64,000 nt of DNA from Isurus oxyrinchus (GCA_026770705.1 JANJGN010000034.1:3162001-3226000), one strand, 5' to 3'. Numbered from the stretch's first letter, positions 35,990 to 51,203 are shown. Made by a program: numbers and translations. Notes: generated from the sequence alone by a model not told the origin.

Positions 35990-38900
35990 CTGTAGTGACA
36001 AACAAAGTTGAATTAAATAGCAACAATAATAAAGGTTGCAAAATTCAACAATTCTACGTTTTAGATTTGAACATGAAACAAAATCGTAATTCAGCCCATT
36101 TGCCTGATTAAAATCTGATCCAAAAAGAGTGAAACAATGTTTCACAGACAGCGCAGTTTTAGACATCAAGGACGAGAATCATTGGCGTGGAAGTGGATTA
36201 TAAATCAGAATCCATTTCTTATCCAGCTGTGAAAGTGCCCCCAGAAACATGAAGTTGGTGAGATCGTAGAGGTGAAAAGCCATTTACTGCACCGAAGAAG
36301 GATGTTCATCCCAACACGACAATTCTTTCAGAGGAAATATTGAGTCAGTCAATCTCCACTGATCCTTCCCTATAACACCGAGCTCCCGGTTGTTACAGCT
36401 CGCTCTGGATGGGAATGTTCTTCCTCACATTGCCCTACAACTATTCTCATTAACTTTATATCTCTGCCACAGTTGCACTGATCAGATAATATGAGCGATT
36501 TTTCTTTGTCCAATTTATCCAAAGGCGCCATTATCTTTTACACCTTTCTCACGTGTCCTCTCAATCTCATTAGCTGCAAGGCGAAGCACCCCAGCGTTTC
36601 CAACATGAACATTTAGCTAAACCCACACACCCCACCCCCCAAAACCCACCAGCCCCGCCTGGAGCCAGGGTGGTATATCTCTGCTGCAACCTTTAAAGGA
36701 TTCACATCCTTCTGAAAGTCTGGTGACTGGAACTGAATGCAAGGCCACAGTCGGGGATTTACCAAACCTTCAGAAATTTTCAGCAGCAATGCCAAACTAC
36801 TTTTACAGAATACCTGTATTTATGAAGCAAGATATTCCATATGCATTGCTTATCACACTTTCAAATTGATCGGCCACCTTCTAAGATGCATGTACATGCG
36901 CCCCACTACCCTCTGTTCTCGTGCACACTTTAGAATTCTGCTATTCAGATTGCATTGCCCCTCCACATATTCTGTACTAAAATTATAAACCTCACTCTCC
37001 TTTAAAATAAACTGCAAATACCGCTGAAGCCTATCAAATCATTTAGTTGTTCAAACAAAGGGAATAGTTATGGCAAATGAGCGGACCAATATAAGGACCA
37101 AACATATAATGTCGACGAGAATGATTGCAACCTGTGAAGATTTTTCTTTTTAACTTAGAAAATGATGATAATGTGTAAATCCTTAACAGAAGTAGTTGAG
37201 TGCAATGCATTAAACATTCTATGAGATATCAAATAGGCACTCGAAGGATATAGATTTATCAAGTATTGTTGGCGATTCGAAACGAGTAAATACGTTTGCA
37301 GTTCGTGCACAGCTTAAGCAAAAGCAAACATTTGTTTCACTTAATGTTCTGTTCTGGTAACTTCAATCCTACAAAAGTCTGCAAATAAAATATGCATAAG
37401 CCTGATTTCACCAATTATTCACCGAGCTGGTTGCAATCAATACGACCAATTAATCACAATGAATAACTTCCCTCTCTTCCATGGATGAACCTACCTTTTC
37501 AAATGTGCTGAGCAGGAAGCAGTCACGAAGTTATTCAGACTAACAGGGCCATAACATTGACGGCCTCCAAAACCGCATTATTTGTATATCTTGCGGTTTT
37601 GACTCCATTATTCCAAATCACCAGACAGTTCCCCTTACTAGTTGATGAAATTTGTCTCATGTGCGTGATGTATTAATATAGGTGGAGGCATAGAGTTTTG
37701 GTCATTGGACCGGTAATGCGGAGATTCAGGGTAATCATCTGGGCACACAGATCCGAATTCCACCCTGATAGATGGTGCAGTTTGAAAACAACAAGAATCA
37801 ATACTTTGAAGTCTACCAATGACCGTTGATACCATCTTTGCTTGATGGAAAGGAAGAAGCTCGTTGGTTTACTAATAAATTTTCGGGAAGTGCATCTGTG
37901 ATTCTTACCTGGTACTGTCGCATACGTGAGTCCAGACCTACAGGAATGTGGTTGACTCTTAAACGTCCACTGGAATGACTTATCAGGCCAATTTGTTCAA
38001 GGGAAATTAGAGATAGGCAATACATGCTGGCCTAGACAGCGCAGCGCAAATCCCTTAAAAAATAATAATTGAACATAAAATGGTTTGGTCATACTCATCA
38101 GCTTTCGAATTAAACACACTCTATATACTTCACCATTGCACTTTGTTGATGTCTATTTTATGTGCATGACACCTCGTTATGGACCTGCCCAATATGCATA
38201 CTTATGCTCCATATCACACCTATAAAAAGCATTTAATAAAATTGGAAGATCCAGCAGGTGAACACAGGGCTGGATGTTTCTCGAGAAATCATATGCAGCA
38301 TGTTAGCCATTTCCTCTGAATTATAACCTAATTGGCTGCCAACTCTAAGCTCTAAGCTCCAATATCGGACTGGATGCAGGATCGGCTTCGCACTCACCTT
38401 GGGCTTGGCAAAAGCTTTCTCACTGCCAGGAGATGGAGACGAGTGGAAAGGCTACTCATCAGCCAAAGGGGAAACCTTTCAACGGTTTAAACACATTCTC
38501 GGCCGCCGTAGGTTTTGAAGATGCAGTCATAATCGAGATCGCTTTGTAGAGAAGAAGAGTCATGGAGACTGGAAATATTCCGCAGAATTTAACCATCCCG
38601 TCACTGCCGATGTGTTGCCGTATATTGCGGTGAGCCATCCAGAAGTCCATTGACCTCGGTAGATTTTACGTTTCCATGAAATTAATGGAGTTTAAAATGT
38701 CTCGTCCAATTTTACGGCCCCGTCCCAGATCCGGCTGGGCCGTAAAATTCAATCTGTTTGTTCTATTGATCTCTCCACTGTTACTGCTAGGCCCGCTGAG
38801 TTTATCCAGTATTTTCTACTTTTAGGGTCGGAATTCCAAAGGCTGCAGTGCTTTTCTATGATGCACTTTATACAGTTTTATGCTATAAACGTACTCAACC

Positions 38901-41900
38901 TTCGCCCCCCCCAAACCGCCCCCCACCCCATCCCAATTCTACAGACATAAAGGAAAGGTAAAACAATAACATGGATTTGGGATAACCACAGAGCTCAAAC
39001 AAGAGTTGAACATCTAGATATAGAGACGTTCTGGAGAACTGTTTGTTTGCAGGGCGCTGGAGCACATTGAAGGGCATGAACATTTTCTGATCACAGTTTG
39101 CTTGTAACTAAGACCAGAATCAAGCTGAAGAGGCTGAAGTATTAATCAAAGATATTGAAAAGAATTGATATCCGCCAACCCATTGACACCTAAGAGGACT
39201 TTCAAATATGCCTTGGGTAAATAATTGGTGTTCTGGCTGACTGTGTGCCTGGAAGAGTAGACTGTTGGGAGGAAATACATGTCCAATGGCACTAGCACGG
39301 AGCAGGCTTTCTGACAGTAAGATCATTTTTAGGGTTCCCGGAAAAGTGACTGAACATGGGATATTTTCCCATAAGCCAAAGTATTTCATTGGATAAGACA
39401 GAAAAAAGAAGCATGAAGACTGCCTTCCATCAGGCCTACGGGAATTAAGATAGTTAGATGAAAAGCAGTTCCCAATAAGGCAACAGATAATAGATAAATG
39501 CCGAGACACAAAAAAGCAAAGTACAACGCTGCCAAAATCACAAGCAATCAATATGTTAAATCTGGATGATGATTCTCCACATGTGAAAGTTATGCTCGGA
39601 CCAATTATTGCGATGGATGGTACACTGATCTCAAAAGATGAAACCACGTTATGTAATTGTGGTGGGCAGAGAACTTCAGGGAAACCTATAATAGACTTAC
39701 TCCATTCATCCCAGACCACGTCAATCAGCCCTAAATTAAGCTTCTAGTAAGTGTAGAGAGGTTAAATCAAAATCAGGTTGTTAAAGTAATTGCTTTACAC
39801 AAGAAATAAGGGGATACCAATATAATTAATTTCGCTGCAGAAATGATGAAGTCAGCTGGAAATGAACTGTCCTGTGGCTAATAAAAATTAGTAATCAAGT
39901 TGGGCTGAATTCTGTTGTTCCCCAAGACTGAAAATGATCCACTCACTAAATGTGACACTTGAAGGGAGTGCCTTTCCACTAAATTGAAGGCAAGGTCCAT
40001 TGCTAGATGACCTTTTAACATTCATCAGCACAGTGGGTAGAGATCATGGAGAACGCCCGTCAGGTTTTGGAACAAAATGACATTTGACTTTGCAAGAGCC
40101 ACATGGTTAAGAACCGCCAAGCGCATCTCGCCAACTTTGCAATCAGCCTTATTGATTTCAACAAGGCCTAAGATAGGCTTTATCAGCCCCTACTCTGGAA
40201 AAAAATACAGGATATATTTACCTGGCATCATGAAGCAATGTTTAAAGTTATTGAGATGTTCTATCAGAGTTCCAGATCCTGCATTAGCGCATAGGGTGAT
40301 TACAATGATTGGTTCCATTTGCTGCCGGGTGTGAGTCAAGTGTATGTCCTTTCTATCTTTGTTTTCTGTCATCGCCATTGACTCGTAATTAAGGAAGTCA
40401 ACCATGGATACCATTGCATTGAAATGGATTAATCATCGTCAACTTGTAGCTTTGCCTTTTGTTTGTGAAACAATTGCTCTGTCGGATAACATAACAGGGC
40501 TGCAACACCTCAATAACCCTATGAACAATCAGACTGAGAAAGGGACATTCATGATGAATGCCAATAAGGCAAAAAACAAAAATGATAATCTATGACAGGA
40601 AGCCACCAAAACAGATCAGCAGTTTGTGCCAATCAAAAGAAGGATGACTTCGTAGTTCAAATAGAGAAGTTCACATATCCATGCATTTCCATGACAATCG
40701 ATGGAACCATAAAGAAAGATATAAATTCCAGAATGGATAAAACATCATAAGGTTTCAAGCAACTGACAAATATTTGGAACAGCAAAACGTTTTCCATGTG
40801 AACGAAGCACAGGCTCTAGACTGCAGAAGTGGTCTCCACCATCCTGTCGCCTTGTGAAAGCTGGAACCGAAAAACCTGCTAAGAAAGGAAACGGGTGCCT
40901 TTGACAGCATATGCCTGCGAAGGACTCTAGCCACAGAACTCTGTTACAGCTAGCACAACACTGAAATAAGAGAACACTAAAAAGAGCCTCCAGTTTCGGC
41001 AATCATACGGAAATGATGGATCTGCTGGCTTTCTCACGTCACTGGATTTCCATCATGGCAGCCTGCCCATCAGCCCATCCAGTAGGCAGCTAAAAAAACA
41101 TATAATTAGAGGCACACTCAAGGTGAGCTAACGCAAAACTGTCAGTTGAAATAGCCATCTCGTGAACACATACTGGGGCAAGGAAAAAATATTGGCTTTG
41201 GACAAGGCAGAGTGGAATGGGCAGGTAGTGACAGGGCTAACAAAAAGCTACAATTCAGTAGGAAGGGGCAGAATCTCCAAACTTAGTGCACAAGTAGAAA
41301 ATCAGATGTATTGCAATAATTACAACAGATACAGAATTTTAGGCTGTGCACCTGACGAGGTGCAGCAATCATCACAAAAGAGATGAATTGATAGCACAAT
41401 TGAAATTAACGCGTACAATCTGGTAGGCATTAATTAACGTTGTTTCAAGTTGTCCAATGTTGTGATCTAAACTTTCAAGGATGTTTGACATTTCCAAAGG
41501 ACTGACACTTGGAAAACGTGATGGAGCAGCTCTTTTAATTAAGAATTACATTGATGCAGTAGTGAGAGATGATCACTGTTCAGCAGATCAAGATGTAGAA
41601 TAATTTGGGGTATAGGTAAAAAATGGTAAAACTTAGTGTTATCTTATGGAAATAATTCACAGGGAGTCAGACAGAATCTATACTGTAGCACTGGCTATGA
41701 GGGATATAAATATCTTGAGTTGCAAGGAAATTGTTGTAATAATCATGCACAATTATTTATTGCCTCCCTTTAGTTGGGATGAATCAGATTTGCAAATGTT
41801 GGCCAAATAAACATTTCGTAAGAGCATTCGGGCATTTTTTTAGAACAGTGCTTTCAAGTGCCAAGCAGTATGCAAGCTACTTGAAACTGGCCTGTGCGCA

Positions 41901-44900
41901 ATTAGACATGACTAATTAATTATCTCATAGTAAAGGAATCTCTATGCAAAATTACTCATAACAGAATTTGAATGTGAGAAGTATGGGTCAAAGACAAGTG
42001 TCTCAAACTGAAGTAAACGTAATTAAAAGGACATGAAGAGTGGAAAACTGCAATTTTTTGGAAAGTTGGACATTTAAAGAAGCGGTGATGGTCATTTGTT
42101 TAGATATTTTGTAACTTAATATTTTATAATATTTTATACTGACAAATAAAGACTATGAGAAATATGCAACATATGGGCCTACAAATATATGCTACCTGTT
42201 GCTACAGGAAACAATTTGAAAACTAAGTATAAATAAAAAAACTATTAAATAAAATGTGCCTCAGTTCCTTAGCAACTGACATTGGAAAACCAATAATGGA
42301 AGAAAATGAGACGTTGAAAGCTTGAACAGTTATTTACTGCCTGAATTCAGTGAGGAAGTGTTATGACCCCAAGCTCAGGCTGTCCCAGGACAAGCCTCAT
42401 CCCATAGTGGAACCCAGCTTGCTAGGGCCTAATGATTATTTCTTTGTTTAGCTATGTGGAGAATAGCTAATGAACATGCTCACATAATTCAGCTGATACA
42501 CTTTTAACAAAAGAATGAAACATTTTTTAAACAAGAAAGGATGAACAATATTACAATACTCATTCATCATCAAATATAACTTTACAGATATATACAGATT
42601 TTCAAGGATCACACACGTTACAAAAAGTATATTACAATACAACATTCACACTAGTACACAGTCTATTTACACCTATGGTGACGGGTGATCACACACACCA
42701 CTTTCTGAGGCCAAGTGAAGGATGACATCTCAACCAATTGCTGTGTACCTGTCTTGAACAGCAGTTAAACGCTTTTCATATCGTGAGCCAACGTGTCTCA
42801 CTGCACTGCGTCTTTCACATGAGGCTTTCCAACCTCAACTCTCCAAGCCATCGTCTTAAAATAGTCTCCCAAACAGGCATTTTCTTTCAGACGCCTCCCA
42901 CAATGGTTCACCTCCAGGGTTTCGAACTCTCTTTCCAGTGCGCCTTTTCCCTGGGTCAACACAGGCACTTTAGCTGTCTTCTGCGCACTGTCTCTCGCCA
43001 AATCATTCATTAACTGTACCAGTGCTTCGCATGCCCAAAGCAAGAGTAACAGGCCTTCACTTGTCTCTTTGGACCGTCTTGCTCCTTGCAAACTGTTCTC
43101 GGTTTAAATCTGCTTTCTGCAGTTCTTGTCTCTTTAAATTTGAATCCTGAAGCCTTTCTCTCTGCTCCTCACTTTTTACTTCATTAAGAAGGCTTCTAGG
43201 TTCTTGAACTTCCTTTGACTACATGGTCTTCTTAAACTTTCCCCTGTTTCTATCTTAGGCCATTGGCCTTGGAGCCTTGTGGTCCTTTTCGGAAATCTGC
43301 AGCTTCCTCTCCCAGTGATTAGTGTCTCTTGGGTTTTGGCTTCAAACCTAGCAGCACTCCAGCAGCTTCCAACCAATGTGCTTTTTTACTAGCTTCTCAG
43401 TTTGTGTCTGTGGGAGGGATATACGTCCCTGGTTCCCTATTGCTCGACAAGAGTTCAATTCTTCTACGCTTGTTGGTTTACTTTGGGTTAAGTTGGAAAG
43501 CTCTCACGAAACATGCAAGCACATGTATAAAGTGAAACTAAAATCCTTGACACACAGATACAAAAATACAAATCAAACTTAAACTTTAAATTTAAAACAC
43601 ATTCCTAACACTGACAACTACCAATATAATGCACTCAAACTGTCTCGGTTTCCGAACAGAATGACATCCCAGATATTTAACGCTCTAGATTTAAAATTGA
43701 GTGAAAAGCTTAAAACAATTGCAACTGCTACGGAAATAGCTGGAGAAATTATTACAACTAAATGCAGACAACCATCTGGACTCGTTGGCCAGCATTCTAG
43801 GGCGCTAAAAAAATATTAGCTGCCAAGATAGGAAATGCATTTGTTGTAATCGCCCTGAAGTCTTTAGATTCAGGAAAGATCCTCGTCATTTAAAAATCAC
43901 AAATTTTGCGTTAATATTCAGGAAATGTGGATGGCAGAAATAAGGAACATATACGGCAGTTGGCCCAACATTTATCACATGGCAAATGATGAAATCAATT
44001 TTTAGGAAAGTCATAGCAGGGCACGTGAAAATGTATAAGACAGTTAAGCAGAAGCAACCGGCATTTGTGAAAGGGAAATCGTGATTCAAAATGTTCTTAG
44101 AGATCTTCGAGGAAGTCATATAAAAGGTAGATTAAGTAATTCTTGCAGATGTGATGTTCTTGGATTTCCAGAAGAATTTCTGTAAGGTGCTGCATCAAAG
44201 GTAGGGTACAAAATAAGAACTCATACTGTAAGGGTAACATATTAGCAATGTTATTTGCTTTGTTAGCTAAGCAGTGAGTCTGGATCAATTCTACATTTTT
44301 GAGCTGGCGGTGTGTAAACAGTGGAGTGACAGAGGGAACATGTGAATCCGGTCTATGTACCAGGAATACTATATTTATTTTATTACAAAAAGAGGCTATA
44401 AAAACCTGAGAGTCAGAGGCATCTGGGGGTCATGGAGCATGAATAAAATAATGGTATGCACGTGCAGCAAGTGATTACAGAGAGAAAATTGAACGTTGGT
44501 GTTTATTGTATGGTGAACCGTGTCTAAAAGTAGTGAAATGTCGCTGCAAATATACAGGGTGTAAATAACAGAGCATTTTGGGCGCTGTGTAGATCTCTGG
44601 TCTGCTTATCTAAGAAATGATACAATTCCATTAGTAGCATCTCAGAGCAACTTTAATTAGATTATACCTGGAATGATGTGTTTACCTTATGTGTAAAGGT
44701 TCAGCGGTTCATCCCGTGCTCAGTGCAGGGAGGTGATCGTTTGAACAACATAAAATCATGAGGGAATTTGACAAATAGAATGCCGAGAGGATTGCTCCCT
44801 TTCTGTGGGTATGGAACTAGCGTCAGCGTTCCAAAAATATGGCTTTTCCCCTTTAAAACTAAAATGGGGAGTTTTATTTTTCACTCAGAGGGTCGTTAGA

Positions 44901-45707
44901 CTGTCGAATATTGATCAGGAAACAATGGATACTGAATCATGAGATACGTTCAAAGATGAGTTTTGATTTCTTTTTAAAATACAAACGAATCATGGGTTAC
45001 GGTGGCAGGTCGGAAATAAATAAATGAAGCCTCAATCCCAACGGTCTGGATTTAATCGGATGTTGAAGCAAGCTTCTGGCCTGAATGGCCCACCCCTGTT
45101 TCTAGGTCTTTTGTTTGTGTATTTTTCTTTCCTGATGCGCCACCTCTTGCAGGGGCTACCATTTTAACTAATTCCCATAGTAGCCAACTGTTGCACAGTG
45201 GTTGGCTGTTGCGTCCAAGTCAAACGATTATCATTTTGAAATCTTTTTCCAGAGACTTGAGTACGTATCGGATGCTCAGTTGCTTACTGTAGATTCGATA
45301 GAATGCAATTTTGTACAGTGCCTCATTGAGTTGCCTCATCTTTCGATTATAGATAATGATGTGATCACGTGGGACGGATGTCATTTAAAGGGCCCAGATT
45401 ATTTCAGTTGTCTCCTGCATAATATTATTTCTTGTTAAAACAGTGATCTCCAGCATATGGAATTCTTGAAGCCTGTCTTTGTATATCAGTAATCAAATAC
45501 AGAAGTAAATGTTTACTTAGCAGCTGGTTCTGGCGTTTTACGAAGCACCAACTGGTGTGTCCAGGCACCAGTTTTTTACATAATTGGAAGGTTTTGCTGA
45601 CCATGTGCAGAGTGTAGTAGAGTCGATATTCTTCCAATGTCAAATTCTAAACTATTTAGACCCATCAAATGTGTTAATAAGGTGCCAAATATGCCTTTCC
45701 AATTTAC

Positions 45708-45743
45708 CTGTGTCTGCAAGAGCCTGCTTCACCTTGGCCAGTT
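45708..45743 (-). CDS. Micro-exon B7, 36 nt, (E)LAKVKQALADT
   Basis: tttctttcgctcag|AACTGGCCAAGGTGAAGCAGGCTCTTGCAGACACAG|gtaaat; 1 synonymous change vs A7. Confidence 0.85.
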
Positions 45744-48111
45744 CTGAGCGAAAGAAAGAGAAAGATCTTTAGCGGTTAGAAGATCAATTAAATAAATAAA
45801 ACAAAGAACAGATTGTCACAATTGGATGTACTAGAAACCTCTGTTATCTCAGTGACTGTTTCAATTCGTACTTCATATCCAGTTCCTTTAATGAAGATGG
45901 GTGGAGCAGACAATAGACAATTGCAACAACATATTTGTTACTGATAGCTCTGGAGTCGAATTTGACACTTGCAATTTGGACAAGCTGAATTACTTCGAAT
46001 GCATAAAGAGAAACTGTCCATTCGGCTCACATTTGGACGTCACAGCTACTGCTTCACAGAAACCTATTGATATTTATTCGATCCGAGTTGAGAAGCACAA
46101 TATTTCTACTCGTTTATCCGTCATTCACTTTAGTAGCATCCAAATAAATGGCCCTGTGCTAATCGCCTCGGCTCCTGACAATAACTAAATTCACATTTCA
46201 CTACACGTTCAGCCAATATCTATTTTCCTTGAACTTGCACTCTCTTCATTTCAATAAACTTAATATTAATAGTTGCAATTCTTGTTAACTCCCATGTGGG
46301 TTGTTATCTGTTTTATGTCTACATTTTCAATAAGGTTTCATAATTAAAAGGAATGCATTTCAGTGAAATATCCACATTCATATTATCTGCTTGAAATCGG
46401 GAATCAATTTGATTTATTTCATGCAATGCCGCTAAGAATGAGCAGAAAACAGTTATTTTGATATCGCTACCTTTCTCCGTTCCAATGAGCTTCTCATCTA
46501 AGATTAAAATGAGGATTCAACATATGACAGAGATCGGGGCTAATAAGCGCTTTCCCAGCCATGCTAAAAATTCCAGTGCTATTGCTTTCAAAACACATAA
46601 ATATTGTAGTCGATGCATAACAGCTCGTCGACGAAATAACAAACTATCACGGTAAAATATAATGGATTTTCTACCCAGTGCATTTGCCAAATTTATTAGC
46701 TATTGGGTGCATCCAGATGTCTGGACTGATAAGATCCGTGACACTATCGAACAGCAATATCCCATCTAGCAGCCTGGCTCTCAGCAAAATTTTGGGCAAA
46801 GGTTTCGGAGGTGGAGACCATTTCATTATTTGCTTACATATTCTTTGCGGTTGGTAGTCAGGGTCTGGGGAGCCAGAGAGTATGCTACTAGCGGCAGAAT
46901 TCTCAGCATCTGAACTACTCGTCCAGCACCTGCATTAATCTGCAGGAATAATCCAGACCACGTCAATGCAAAATGCATCATGTCAACGGGGAAATTTTAA
47001 ATTATTTAACTGCATAATTATCATGTCTCCCCCTCCCCCACCCCCTCGATGTCCCTCTCCCTCTCATATGTAAATACAGTATGGAACCATTTTCCATAAA
47101 TGTGTTCATTAAATTATTGGCTTTGCATAATATCTAAACTAAGTCGTTAATGTTCTTTATTATATGGGAAAAGGAGCTGCATTAGCAGATTATACTACTT
47201 GTCGAAGCTGCTCCACCATTCAATGTCGCCTGGTCCTCTGCCATGGCTTCAATTTCCTTCCCGCTGCATATACCTCTTGATATCAATTGAGAGCAAAAAT
47301 CTCTCCATCTCAGTTTTAAATATAATCAACTCTAAATTATAAGCATCCGATTGAATGTCGAAATAGAAAGAATTACAGCACTCTGAAAGGGGACATAGCT
47401 CCTCATCTCAGAACTCCCAAGGTATCAACAAGGCAATAAAGCTATTTGCCAGTGGCTGAAGATTTTCCTCATCAGTACCACGGCGTTACGCACACTTTAT
47501 ACATCACAGCTGTTGGACTCGGTTTAATGGCCTAGCCATATTTTTATCTTCACTACAGAAGGATGTGAAAGGTTGAAATTTCTAAGAAAACAAGCACAAA
47601 GATGTCCACCATCAAAATACACTATTCAGATGTGTGTTTTAAACTCTCCAGTCGCCTGGGTGGGTGAGGTTCTAACATCTCTAAAGAAGCTCAGAAACAT
47701 CCAGGACAGAAATGTCAGCTTGATCGGCACATATGACGCCAGTTCAAAAAAGTAGTGACTCCTTCCAACTATGATCAGAGCCTGCGGTAGATTTTATCAT
47801 ATGCAAGCACTGCAGTACCTCACCAACCTTCCTTCAAGACCTCCTTGCAACACAGATATCTTCACCAATAGAGGGGCAAAGACAGCAGGCGCATGGCAGC
47901 ATCATCGCATGAAAGTTCTGTGCTGACACACACACAGAAGCTACCCTGAGGAACTAAATCACGATTCGTGCACTATCACTGCCTTAAAATCTGTTCAAAA
48001 CAGGAATACATGTGCACAGGCAGCAAAACGATAGCAATGATTCAAGAAGACTCGCAATTTTGACCTTCACTGCAATGTTGAAATCCCACAGGATTATAAT
48101 GATGATCATGG

Positions 48112-48182
48112 TGATACTACTACTACTAATACTACTACTAGTAGCAATAGTACTACTACTACTACTACCTATAATAATAATT
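48112..48182. repeat. (TAC/TAA)n microsatellite, longer than in copy A (~13543-13592)
   Basis: Direct reading. Confidence 0.85.
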
Positions 48183-48595
48183 ATCTCCCCCGTTAATTAT
48201 AGCACAGTGGCAACAAATGAGCTCGATGTTTGATTATCTAAATTTTGCAGTTTGGTCAAGCCAAACTGTCATGTGTCATACCATGAGACCTCAGTATTAC
48301 AATATATTGATAGTTGGTCTTATGATGGGGATGAACGATAATTTCTCTACTCCGACGTCTGCATATAAGTGTAATTTAATGCAGTGCGTTTGATAATGAT
48401 GTTAAACTCCTCGGAATTTCGTGCAGATCAATTCAGAAAGAATACACTGACAACTTCAACCATCGCATCCGTGATATTTCTTATTTTGTGGGAAAAAAAA
48501 CATAGTGCAATCTCTTCACCTAGATTAGCCCTCCGATTTAGGACGCTAGCCTTATCTATTTATGGGTCATTCAAAATGAGGCAATGGCGCTTTAC

Positions 48596-48622
48596 CTTGG
48601 GGCTTCCCAGCTCCATCGAGTT
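48596..48622 (-). CDS. Micro-exon B6, 27 nt linker, (K)LDGAGKPQ
   Basis: tttcttgcag|AACTCGATGGAGCTGGGAAGCCCCAAG|gtaaag. Confidence 0.75.
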
Positions 48623-49784
48623 CTGCAAGAAATGTGGAAAATCGAGTCAAATCATGGCCCTTAAATTCATTAAGAATCTGAGGAACAGACCTTGCCGATG
48701 ATAATAAACAATTCACTGAATGAATCTGAGCAGAGTTGTTATAACAAGTGTCTCTGATAGGTATGCATGAGCATGGACTATCTATCCTTATTATAAAAAT
48801 CGTCGTTCTAATTCATGGATTGTTAAACTGGGCCTCTGGCCCAATCTACAAAAATGCTTAGAAGGCCTGAGATGACGACATATGGGTTGAAAATGGCGAT
48901 CAACAAGAACACTGTCATGTGGATGGGTTACCCCGTGAATTAGCCGCATGTTGCTCTTAATTCCAATTAATCTTAACTACCAGTTGAAATTCTCTGAAGA
49001 TGTTACTTCTTTGAACTCCAGGTACGGCGTTCATTTCTGGGGATTTTGGAACATGGTGATGCCAGAAATTGCATAAATCTGTACTGTTCAAAAAATAAAA
49101 AGTAATCATAATCTTCTAGATGGGATGACATGTGCCCTGGCACAGAGTTCATATCATTTGCGTTTTAAAACGACAGGGCTAAATGTGATGTTGCCCATTA
49201 TAAATGGAACTCAAGAAGAAAACATTTGCCCATATATGGCTCTTTTCTTGGCCCTGGACATACCAATAGCCGATGTTTTACTTTTGCGGCAATTCTCCAG
49301 GTTTAGTTGAAGGTCCATGCAGAGCACCAACTGCAAGGGAGTGCAAAACCATCAATATCACACCGATCATACGTTACGTTCTCTGCCAAATATTCAGTTT
49401 TAATATATTTAATACCAATTATTGGATATAAGTTACAGAGAAATAGGTTTAGGATTGTTGCTCAAAATTACGTTCCCTCTGCAAGCACATTTGATTTCAG
49501 AAACTCGCTCAGCCATTCTGGCTGTGCATTGAATTAAATTTTTGAGAGACTGTGATTTTTGTTAGGAAAGTGATAATGACGAAAGGAACCTGGTTATCCA
49601 ATTATCCACGAAGGAGGCACGGAGACTTGATTTGCCACCTCCTGTTCCCATGAAGTCCATTATAATTAAAGGAAACAGGGAACTGTTAATAGAATACAGT
49701 AAGGTGCATCTGTGTGAGAGTGGGTGGGTGTGTATGGTGATGTTAGTATTTTGTGAGGGTGGCAGCTCGACTTTACAAACTTAC

Positions 49785-49811
49785 TGCATTTCAGCTTAAG
49801 ATCCTCCAATT
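49785..49811 (-). CDS. Micro-exon B5, 27 nt, (E)LEDLKLKC
   Basis: tttttctttag|AATTGGAGGATCTTAAGCTGAAATGCA|gtaagt; 1 synonymous change vs A5. Confidence 0.85.
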
Positions 49812-51203
49812 CTAAAGAAAAATGCAAATGCATCATGTTAAGCAAATTTAATCACTGGTAAGCTGTTTATTCGCTCTATTACAGAAAGCAACTGCCCACG
49901 CAGAATTTAAAATAAATAGAAAACCATCACAGGAGAAGTCGAGCCAGAACATTATTCAGCTTGTCCCGGCTTCATTCTTGTTGTCTCATTTATTCCCTCT
50001 CCAAACTTTTTGTTCCTGATCCTGCAATGTATTACATCGACGAATGTGTGCATTTGCGAGGATAAGCATCGTGATAAGAACCCTGGTGATATAACAATGT
50101 AACATTATTACTGACAATTAGTCCAATCACTATCAATGCGCTGGTAATTAGTAAGCTGGCTTCGCAATGAAAATATAAGGAATTCAGCTGGCTTGTCCTT
50201 AACTGTCCAAATAGTTCATCAATGATCAGAATATTAATGCGTTCGAAATCATGGTTCCATTATACAAAACTATGGTTAGAACGCATGCTGTCTTGTGGAG
50301 ATTTCTGAGCACCACTATTTATGGAGGATGCACTGCTTTTGGAGGGAGTGCAGTGCATTCTTATCAGCATGATAATTAAAGTTTAAGGGCAAAATCTTGC
50401 CCTTGTCGGGCAACCTGGGGCCGATCAGGGCTGGAAGGTGATTTCACGCTGGCCGGCCAATTAGCTAGCTAGATAGATAGAAAACTTATAAATACATAAG
50501 CGGTGAGAGAGATGGTTGATTTGCCCATTTGTTACCAGTGTGACGAGAATTTAAATCCAGAAACCCACATTTCTGTGAATCATTTTATGTTCAGACCGAC
50601 GTAACGTAGTTCATTTCCCCCTCTTTTCCTCTGAAATTTAGCAAACGTCCAGTAAACCTTTGGATCTACCTCTTGCTTTGTCAAAGCTGAGCTTTCGTGA
50701 TTTCCAGATCGTACAAGAAATGATGCACAATGCAAAGTGTGCTTATCAAGCCACGAGATATCATTTGAGATTCCATTAGATGGCCAGAATCTGGAGTTCA
50801 AATGCTGCATTTACAAACGTTCCTGCCCCTTTTGTTGTGTTACCCGGCATGCCATCTCTTGGTTTGAATATTTTACAAGCATGATTCAATAACATCTGCA
50901 CCGGTGCATCATAGATTCCGCGGCCTCATAATTGAACGTGGGGCCTACATATATGTTCCATGAAACTCGCTTCTTAGATAGTATTCTACAGTGAAAGTCA
51001 GTGCGGAAGGCACTTAGGTGCAAATAATGGTAATCCTCCATAAAAAAAAGTCTACTCAAGGATGTCTAGGAACGAGCAACAGACATTCCTTTCACCACAG
51101 CAACGATAAATACTACTTAGGCTAATGTTTAATGTGTAAAAGGAGCTGCATGTCCTATTTAATCATCAGCACATCACAATAATTATTTTATTTTAATCCA
51201 ACA

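Noticed and set aside
39120-39719. 199-aa minus-strand ORF (with a 128-aa paralogue at 4563-4949) as a host exon
   Set aside because: Lies antisense within the inferred RTE relic; many replacements between copies; no recognisable domain or splice context.
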